This document shows, piece after piece, positions 57,417-64,000 of a stretch of 64,000 nt of DNA (position 1 is its first letter; each line of letters starts with the position of its first letter). The stretch lies in the NCBI GenBank assembly GCA_035473115.1, contig DATION010000006.1:521-64520 (forward strand), in the 5' to 3' direction. Source of the stretch: Candidatus Udaeobacter sp. GTDB lineage: Bacteria; Patescibacteriota; Patescibacteriia; Magasanikbacterales; GWA2-37-8. The translations under genes were made by a program, and so were the position numbers. The notes under the pieces are model-generated. The model was not told where the DNA came from, made no database searches, and was given only the letters and a program-made list of their open reading frames with translations.

Positions 57417-59385
57417 TATGTCTTTGGATGAATTAAAAAGTTTAAATTTAGCAGAACCTAAAACGTATCGGAAAAGGAATTTTTTGATTGGTCTGGGAAT
57501 TTTTTTGGCAGCGCTAATTTTGGCCAACGCGGGGGCTTGGGCTTATTATAATTTTTATAAAGATAAGATTATTCCCGGAGTTTATGTTGGCCAGCATTCC
57601 TTAGAAGGCATGACTTTTATTCAAGCGAAAGATTTTATCGAAAATTTTAATAATCGTTTGGCCAAAGAAAGCTTGGGTTTTAATTTTATTGTGCCGGCAA
57701 AATATGATGAATCTGGCGTGCCAAGTTCTACGGATGGTTCTAAAACCGAAAATTTTAAACTCACCACTATATCTGCCGATGATAGTTCGGTTGAGTTGGT
57801 AAAAGTAAACAGCGAAACTTCAGCTGCTAAACTGGTGGCAATTGGCAAATCCGGCGGATTTTGGCAAAAATTATGGCAACCATTATATATCCGCTTAATT
57901 TCTCCACAGCAAGTTTCGGCCGATGTAGTTGTAGAAGATCGATTTATAAGCAATCTGCAAAATTATTTATTGCCGTTTAGCGACCAGCCTCATAATGCCA
58001 ATATTAAAATAACCGGCTTAACACCTTTGGCCTATACCATAGTACCTGAGCACGAAGGAACGATGTTTGATTATGATAGATTAAAAAATGATTTGTTAAA
58101 TAATCTGGCCGGCATGTCTCTGGCGCCAATTAAAGTTTATAATAAAAATTTTAAACCAGATGTTTTTGTTCCCGATCTTGATTCGGTAATTAAAAAATTA
58201 CCTGATATTTTAAATTACGGAGATCTATCTTTAAATTATATTGATCCGCAGACAAAAGTCAGGCGCGATTGGAGTATTGGTTCGGCTATTTATCGCAGCT
58301 GGTTTGAAGTAAGGCGTGAAGATGGCAATCCGGTTTTGGCTCTTAACCGAGAAAAAGTGGCAGCTTATCTTGATGGATTAAGGCCGTTTATTGATATGCC
58401 AACCCAAGACGCAAAATTTGTGATGGAAAATAATCGGGTAAAAGAATTCCAGGCTAGCCAAACGGGCTTAAGACTCGATGCTGATAAAACTTTTGCTGAC
58501 TTAGACACTGTTTTTCGTCAGCGAAATTTTAATCCGGCCGAAGTGTCTAAGACTGTTACCGTATCAGTTGATATTGTGAAGCCAAATGTGGCTATGGCTG
58601 ATGCTAATAATTTGGGCATAATGGATGTTATGGGAGTTGGCTACTCAACATTTAAAGACAGTCATACTAATAGAATAAAAAATATTGCTAACGCGGTAAA
58701 ACGATTAAATGGAATTCTGATTCAGCCCGGAGAAGAATTTTCGGCTAATAAATACGCCGGCCCATATATTGCCGAAGAAGGTTTTTTGCCGGAGATGGTA
58801 ATAAAAGGTGATGAAATAAAACCGGAAGTGGGCGGCGGTATGTGCCAAATTGGTACGACTTTATTTAGGATGGCGATGAATTCTGGCATGCCAATTACTG
58901 AACGCAGGAATCACTCTTTGGTAGTAGGTTATTATGCCGACCCTATAAATGGCAATCCGGGCACAGATGCTACTTTATATGAACCGAGCGTTGATTTTAA
59001 GTTTAAAAATGATACCGGTGGCTATCTGCTTTTGCAAACCAATATAGACTACGCTAAACAGCAATTAACTTTTACTTTGTGGGGAAAGAGTGATGGTCGT
59101 TCCGGTTCGTACACCCATCCGGTAGTAAATAAATGGATACCGGCCGGCGACCAAAAAGATATTGTTGTTCCGCCTAATAATGAATTAAAAGCGGGGGAGA
59201 CAAAATGCCAAGGCGCGTTCCGCGGCGCAGTTACCTCATTTACTTACACCAGATTTACTTCTTCCAGCCAAAAAATTGAACAGGTCTTTGATAGTTATTA
59301 TCGGCCATTATCAAAGATTTGTATGACAGCAGCCACTACAACTTCCGGTTTAGGGATCCCTCTGGATTTAGGTGAAGGTCAGTAA
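57406..59385 (+). CDS. VanW-domain protein with N-terminal TM anchor
   Basis: C-terminal VanW block (…GEEFSANKYAG…GGGMCQIGTTLFRMAMNSG…). The start may be Met 57418. Confidence 0.75.
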   Translation: MKNNMSLDELKSLNLAEPKTYRKRNFLIGLGIFLAALILANAGAWAYYNFYKDKIIPGVYVGQHSLEGMTFIQAKDFIENFNNRLAKESLGFNFIVPAKYDESGVPSSTDGSKTENFKLTTISADDSSVELVKVNSETSAAKLVAIGKSGGFWQKLWQPLYIRLISPQQVSADVVVEDRFISNLQNYLLPFSDQPHNANIKITGLTPLAYTIVPEHEGTMFDYDRLKNDLLNNLAGMSLAPIKVYNKNFKPDVFVPDLDSVIKKLPDILNYGDLSLNYIDPQTKVRRDWSIGSAIYRSWFEVRREDGNPVLALNREKVAAYLDGLRPFIDMPTQDAKFVMENNRVKEFQASQTGLRLDADKTFADLDTVFRQRNFNPAEVSKTVTVSVDIVKPNVAMADANNLGIMDVMGVGYSTFKDSHTNRIKNIANAVKRLNGILIQPGEEFSANKYAGPYIAEEGFLPEMVIKGDEIKPEVGGGMCQIGTTLFRMAMNSGMPITERRNHSLVVGYYADPINGNPGTDATLYEPSVDFKFKNDTGGYLLLQTNIDYAKQQLTFTLWGKSDGRSGSYTHPVVNKWIPAGDQKDIVVPPNNELKAGETKCQGAFRGAVTSFTYTRFTSSSQKIEQVFDSYYRPLSKICMTAATTTSGLGIPLDLGEGQ

Positions 59386-59418
59386 AAACAACACACCCTC
59401 CGACTTGCGTCGGAGGGT
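59383..59418 (-). terminator. Perfect 11-bp hairpin with T-run on the minus strand (terminator of the minus-strand non-coding transcript; also 3' of vanW)
   Basis: caccctccgac-ttgc-gtcggagggtg. On the minus strand it is followed by tgttgtttttac. Confidence 0.5.
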
Positions 59419-59675
59419 GGTTAATTTATGTTGAGGGAAGTAAACTTCCCTCCAAAACCGCACCCAAGAAGATGTGTTAAAGAAGAAAACGAGCCGAAGC
59501 CGGTTGTTCCCTCTAACACACCTCCATGCTTGTCGTGGATACGGGACGCTGATTACCTGTAGATAACCAACGTTCCATATCCATTTCATGCCTGAACTAT
59601 CTTTTCAGAGTTATTCTCTAAGTGTGTTTATTGCCCGATATTTATCTGACTTGATTTATCTGTTACTTTAGGCAA
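59392..59675 (-). ncRNA. Candidate approximately 280-nt non-coding transcript (unknown class) bounded by a consensus promoter and an intrinsic terminator
   Basis: Minus-strand promoter TTGACA-N17-TACAAT (59681-59709) and terminator (59383-59418) bracket 385 bp between convergent vanW and clpP. No credible ORF. Internal hairpin gagggaag-ttta-cttccctc. Confidence 0.35.
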
Positions 59676-59680
59676 CTGCG

Positions 59681-59709
59681 AATTGTATCATATTCCCATA
59701 AGTTTGTCA
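59681..59709 (-). promoter_or_regulatory. Minus-strand sigma70 promoter TTGACA-N17-TACAAT
   Basis: -35 is the reverse complement of 59704-59709 and -10 is the reverse complement of 59681-59686. Confidence 0.45.
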
Positions 59710-59763
59710 AGGGATAAGTGGAGATACCTGGTTATTTTTGGCTAAGATAAGCTAAATTTTTTA

Positions 59764-59803
59764 TATCAAAAAATCCCGCCATAAACGGGATTTTTTGTTT
59801 TTA
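59764..59803 (-). terminator. Bidirectional rho-independent terminator downstream of clpP
   Basis: atcccg-ccataaa-cgggat stem with A-run and T-run on both sides. Confidence 0.7.
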
Positions 59804-59813
59804 TTTATAAATC

Positions 59814-60416
59814 TTATTTCTTTTCAATCACTTTATCAATCAGGCCATACTTTAGCGATTCTTGCGCAGTCATGAAATTATCCCGGTCAGTATCTTTTTC
59901 TATCTGGGCTAAAGGTTTGCCCGTATGCTTGGCCATAATTTGATTAAGCCGTTCTTTGATCTTTAAAATACGTTCAGCACGGATTTTGATATCGCTGGCT
60001 TGGCCTTCCATACCGCCCATTACTTGGTGAATCATAATTTCGGAATTAGGCAAGGCAAAGCGTTTGCCTTTAGCGCCGGCTGATAAAAGAAAGGCGCCCA
60101 TGCTTGCTGCCATGCCGACACAGATAGTGCTGACATCAGGCTTGATGTGTTGCATAGTGTCGTAGATAGCCAAACCGGCTGTTACTGATCCGCCAGGGGA
60201 ATTGATATATAATTTGATATCTTTTTCCGGGTTTTGGTTTTCCAAAAATAACATTTGGGCAATAATGACATTGGCGACATTGTCGTCGACAGCTGTGCCC
60301 AAAAATATGATTCGGTCTTGGAGCAGGCGAGAGTAGATATCATAAGCACGTTCGCCATAGCTGGTTTTTTCGATGACAGTGGGAATAAGGTATTGGGAGG
60401 TGATTTTGTCTGACAT
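59814..60416 (-). CDS. clpP: ATP-dependent Clp protease proteolytic subunit
   Basis: Ser-His-Asp triad context ([10 protein letters not shown]…HQ…D). 200 aa. Confidence 0.95.
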   Translation of the reverse strand: MSDKITSQYLIPTVIEKTSYGERAYDIYSRLLQDRIIFLGTAVDDNVANVIIAQMLFLENQNPEKDIKLYINSPGGSVTAGLAIYDTMQHIKPDVSTICVGMAASMGAFLLSAGAKGKRFALPNSEIMIHQVMGGMEGQASDIKIRAERILKIKERLNQIMAKHTGKPLAQIEKDTDRDNFMTAQESLKYGLIDKVIEKK

Positions 60417-60448
60417 ATTGAATTATAGTTTTAATTAATTTTTTAGTT

Positions 60449-60532
60449 GTCATCCCGAGTGAGGCCGTAGCCGACGAGGGATCTATGTTGTTTGAATAGA
60501 TTCCTCACCTCATGCTGAGGATTCGGAATGAC
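60449..60532. repeat. MITE-like palindromic repeat, copy 3
   Basis: gtcatcccgag … acgagggatctat … tagattcctca … ggattcggaatgac. Block-for-block match to the reverse complement of 6839-6937. Confidence 0.55.
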
Positions 60533-60548
60533 AAAACAATCGTAGCAC

Positions 60549-61577
60549 TTATTTTTCGCTTTGTAAATTGATTATTTTTTCGACTACGCTTTCAATTGTG
60601 CCGTCTGTAGTGAACCCGGCTGCTTTTTTATGTCCGCCGCCGCCCATCTTTTTGGCTAAGGCCGAAACATCAATTTCATCGCTGGTTGTTCTAAAGCTGC
60701 CTTTAATTTTACCGTCGGCTGTTTCTTTTATAAATAAAGATATTTTGGCGCCATCAAGCTTGTTTAGGAAATTGGATATTCCTTCTACTTCTTCGTCGCT
60801 TATTCCATATTGAAGCAGATCTTTAATTGTTAGGTAAGTATAAGCCATATCTGAATTTTCTTTTTTATGCAGTCTGCTTAGAATTAGTCCCCATAACTTA
60901 AGAATAGCAATAGATTTGTTCTGTACCAAAGAATGGTGAATAACTGTCCAGTTGGCTCCCAGACGAAGCAGATCGCTGGCGGCGGTGAGCGATGTGTAAG
61001 AAGTGGCCGAGTTAGAAAAATTATCTGTATCAGTGATCAGTCCCGTTAAAAGAGCCGTGGCCATGGTGCGAGTAATATAAATGTTGTTGAATTTAAAAAA
61101 ATTATAGACAACTTCGGTGGTGGAAGAAGCGTTTGGTATTACCATATTTAAGTGTCCATATTTTTCGTTGGTAGCATGATGGTCTATATTTACAAGTGTT
61201 GCCGGATGGTCTTTGATTATTTCCGCTATGCCGGCAAAACGCAGATCACCGCAATCTAGAACGGTAATCACTTCGCTTTCTAAAAATGTAGCTGGGTCAA
61301 AGCTTACTAGATGAATATTATTAAGGAAGCCGAATTTTTCCGGCACAGGGCTTAGGCAAAAATTTTTAACTTCTTTTTTTAGATTTCGTAAATACTCGGC
61401 AAAAGCCATAGCTGCCCCTAAAGTGTCGCCATCCGGATTGGGATGCGAAACCAGCGTTATTTTATTAACGCTTTGCAGGTGGTTATGAATTTGTTGAGCT
61501 GTTCTTTGCATTTTGGTTATTTTAAGGTAACGGACAATTATATATTTATTGTTCAGTTCTGTCAAGGAGTGTGCCAT
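60549..61577 (-). CDS. nrnA: Bifunctional oligoribonuclease/pAp phosphatase NrnA (DHH-DHHA1)
   Basis: DHH motifs HPNPDGD and DHH(A), DHHA1 GGGGH. The probable true start is Met 61511 (MQRTAQQ…). Confidence 0.8.
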   Translation of the reverse strand: MAHSLTELNNKYIIVRYLKITKMQRTAQQIHNHLQSVNKITLVSHPNPDGDTLGAAMAFAEYLRNLKKEVKNFCLSPVPEKFGFLNNIHLVSFDPATFLESEVITVLDCGDLRFAGIAEIIKDHPATLVNIDHHATNEKYGHLNMVIPNASSTTEVVYNFFKFNNIYITRTMATALLTGLITDTDNFSNSATSYTSLTAASDLLRLGANWTVIHHSLVQNKSIAILKLWGLILSRLHKKENSDMAYTYLTIKDLLQYGISDEEVEGISNFLNKLDGAKISLFIKETADGKIKGSFRTTSDEIDVSALAKKMGGGGHKKAAGFTTDGTIESVVEKIINLQSEK

Positions 61578-61666
61578 TGTTCGCTTTTTAGCGAAAAATT
61601 TTGTAAAATTTGGATTTTATGGTATATTGAAATCCATAAAATTAGGCTTCAAAAGTCCGGTTATTT

Positions 61667-64000
61667 ATGTATTTAAAGCGTCTGGAAATTAAAGGATTTA
61701 AGTCTTTTGCCGAAAAAACGGTTTTGGATTTTTTGCCATACAAAAATAACCGCTATAGCATTACGGCTGTGGTTGGTCCAAACGGTTCTGGTAAATCTAA
61801 TATTTCCGATGCCGTGCGCTGGGTAATGGGTGAACAGAGCCTGAAGACTTTACGCGGCAAAAAAAATGAAGATGTAATCTTTAGCGGCTCGGAAGCCAAA
61901 GGCCAATTAAGCGCCGCCGAAGTGACTATGGTTTTGGATAACAGTAATCCGACCATGATGCAGGATTATCCGGAAATTACAGTTGGCCGCCGTTTGTATC
62001 GTTCCGGAGAAGGCGAGTATTTAATAAATAATAATCCGGTGCGATTGCTGGATGTGCATCTGCTGTTGGCCCAAGCCCAGTTTGCTCAGCATTCATACAG
62101 TGTGGTGGGGCAGGGAACAATTGATAAGCTTCTGACCGTTAGTCCGGCTGAGCGCAAAGATTTTTTGGATGAAGCTTCGGGTATTAAAGAATTTCAAATT
62201 AAACAGCATCAGGCCGAGCTTAAGTTTGCCCGTACGGTAGAAAACGTCACTCAAGCCGAAAGATTGGTAGAAGAAGTTGAGCCGCGTTTAAAAATTTTGG
62301 CGCGCCAGGTAAAAAAATTAGAGCAGCGTCAAGAAGTAGAAATTCAGTTGCGAGAAAATCAAGAACAATATTATGCTTCGGTTTATTTAACCAATAAATT
62401 AGAATTAGATAAATTAAATTCGGTTTTGACTGGCGTCGATGCTGATTATCGCAGCGCGTTTAAAGAATTAGAAGAAGTACAAACCGAACTGTCGGCTTTG
62501 GCTCATGATTCGGCTGAAAAAGAAGAAGAAAATAAAATGTCTGATAAAGACAGTCAAGTTATTGCCCAGCATAGAAAAGATCTAGAACAGATTTCCAAAG
62601 AAAAAACCAATGCCCAGTTAAAAATATTTTCTTTAGAGAAACAGATTTTTCAAGATCAATCCGAACAAAACTATCGCCAGATCAGCGGTCTGTTTGCGGC
62701 TCAAGCTGTTTTAGAAAATAAAGATAAGTTTGGTACGGTGCATGGTCTGGTGGCCGAGTTGGGAGAAGTGGAAGAAAAATATCAGTTGGCGCTGGAAGTG
62801 GCAGCCGGGTCTTATCTGTCAGCCATAGTTGTGGCCGATGATAACGTGGCCAAATCGGCGATTGAATTTTTGCGCAATAACCGTTTGGGTTTTGCCACTT
62901 TTTTGCCGGTAAATAAAATTAATCCCAGACCGGCCGAACAGGGAATAGATAAAATTTTAGCAATGCCGGGCGTAGTTGGTTTGGCGGCGGAAATTGTTAA
63001 GCACGAAGCTAAATTTGCTAATATTTTTTCTTTTGTTTTTGGACAAACAATAGTGGTGGAAGATTTGGCAGTAGCACAAAAAATCGGTATCGGCCGAGCG
63101 CGGATGGTAACTTTGGCCGGAGATATGGTAGAAAAAACCGGCGTGATGAAAGGCGGCTATAAACAGATTAAAAAAGACGGCTTGAAATTTTCGGCGCATT
63201 TATCTTGGAGCAAAGATAGACTGGCTGAATATCAAGAACAGATAAATATAGAAAAAGAAAAAATTATCCAATTAGACTCTCGCTACGAAGCTGCCAAAGA
63301 AAAAGTTTTAGAATTAGAATCAAAAAGAGAAGCGGCTAATTCCAAAACAAAACTGCTCAAAGCCTTTTCATTGCAAGAAACAATGCAGAAAAAGCAGAGT
63401 TTGGTAAACGAAGTTTTGGCCAGAAGAAATGATTTAAAAATTCAGACTGCCAGACTGGAAACAAGACGTGATTCTTTAGCCGAAGAAATTACTGCCGAAT
63501 TAAATTCGAACATAGAAGCGATATTGGAACGCAAACCGACTGTTGTCGGAACGGATAAACTGGCAGATATAATGAGTGAAATTCAAAAATTAAAATATCA
63601 ACTTAGTTTGATTGGCGGCATTGATCAAGAAGTGGTGGCTGAGTATGAACAAACTAAAGAAAGATTTGATTTTCTTTCAACGCAAATTGCCGATTTACGC
63701 GCCGCTATGGCAGATTTGGAAAAGATGATTGTGGAGCTTGATGAAATAATGAAGAAGAAACGCGCTGCTGCCTTTAAAAAAATTAGAAAAGAATTTGATC
63801 GTTATGTAAAAATATTATTTGGCGGCGGTAATGGTGATATTCACGAAATTTATGGTGAACAAAAAGAAGAGGACGAAGCGGTAGAAAATGCAGGCAATGT
63901 TGAAGGCGAAGAACCAGTTCAAGAACAACCAAGAAGCAAAGATAAAGTTCTAACCGGCATAGATGTATCTATAAATCCGCCGAATAAAAAAATTAAAAAT
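61667..64000 (+). CDS. smc: Chromosome segregation protein SMC, 3'-truncated by the window edge
   Basis: N-terminal Walker A GPNGSGKSN, a long coiled coil and a hinge (…GTVHGLVAELGEVEEKYQLALEVAAG…). Upstream extended -10 TGgTATATT at about 61619-61627. Confidence 0.9.
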   Translation, partial: MYLKRLEIKGFKSFAEKTVLDFLPYKNNRYSITAVVGPNGSGKSNISDAVRWVMGEQSLKTLRGKKNEDVIFSGSEAKGQLSAAEVTMVLDNSNPTMMQDYPEITVGRRLYRSGEGEYLINNNPVRLLDVHLLLAQAQFAQHSYSVVGQGTIDKLLTVSPAERKDFLDEASGIKEFQIKQHQAELKFARTVENVTQAERLVEEVEPRLKILARQVKKLEQRQEVEIQLRENQEQYYASVYLTNKLELDKLNSVLTGVDADYRSAFKELEEVQTELSALAHDSAEKEEENKMSDKDSQVIAQHRKDLEQISKEKTNAQLKIFSLEKQIFQDQSEQNYRQISGLFAAQAVLENKDKFGTVHGLVAELGEVEEKYQLALEVAAGSYLSAIVVADDNVAKSAIEFLRNNRLGFATFLPVNKINPRPAEQGIDKILAMPGVVGLAAEIVKHEAKFANIFSFVFGQTIVVEDLAVAQKIGIGRARMVTLAGDMVEKTGVMKGGYKQIKKDGLKFSAHLSWSKDRLAEYQEQINIEKEKIIQLDSRYEAAKEKVLELESKREAANSKTKLLKAFSLQETMQKKQSLVNEVLARRNDLKIQTARLETRRDSLAEEITAELNSNIEAILERKPTVVGTDKLADIMSEIQKLKYQLSLIGGIDQEVVAEYEQTKERFDFLSTQIADLRAAMADLEKMIVELDEIMKKKRAAAFKKIRKEFDRYVKILFGGGNGDIHEIYGEQKEEDEAVENAGNVEGEEPVQEQPRSKDKVLTGIDVSINPPNKKIKN

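Noticed and set aside
59368-59589. 73-aa minus-strand ORF inside the candidate ncRNA region
   Set aside because: It reads straight through the intrinsic terminator hairpin, has no SD, and has an implausible Trp/Arg-rich composition. The region is more consistent with a non-coding transcript.

Overview
The window is a low-GC segment (well under 50% G+C by eye) that looks like a small-genome, Patescibacteria/CPR-like chromosome. It is densely packed with housekeeping genes on both strands: parA (5'-truncated) and parB, a compact rel, gyrA, uvrB, uvrA and a short uvrC clustered together, an FtsW/RodA-family protein, rplY, prmC, prfA, rpmE, rpsB-tsf, an rlmI-like methyltransferase, gap, aspS, scpA-scpB, a dacA-like carboxypeptidase, pgk, eno, two tandem gpmI paralogs, valS, tyrS, argS, a bactofilin, ndk, a PBP2/FtsI-murF pair, mutM, sodA, hsp20, a VanW-domain protein, clpP, nrnA and smc (3'-truncated). 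There is one tRNA-Leu(GAG) and no rRNA or CRISPR array. Host promoters recur as TTGACT-N17-TATAnn, often with a TGn extension. Three short regions stand out because their composition and organisation differ from the flanks. The first is a 3-gene island between rpmE and rpsB (about 22640-24540). It contains a roughly two-thirds G+C ORF encoding a hyper-acidic 210-aa protein. That ORF sits behind a textbook sigma70 promoter whose -35 forms a perfect palindrome with a divergent promoter, and it is flanked by two small unknown genes. The second is a GC-enriched orphan receiver-domain gene wedged between uvrB and uvrA. The third is a pair of mini-cassettes after uvrC, built on the same promoter and terminator scaffold, one encoding a 34-aa hydrophobic peptide. 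Also present are a three-copy MITE-like palindromic repeat family, a promoter-to-terminator non-coding transcript candidate between vanW and clpP, and a split Fur/PerR-box-like inverted repeat upstream of sodA.
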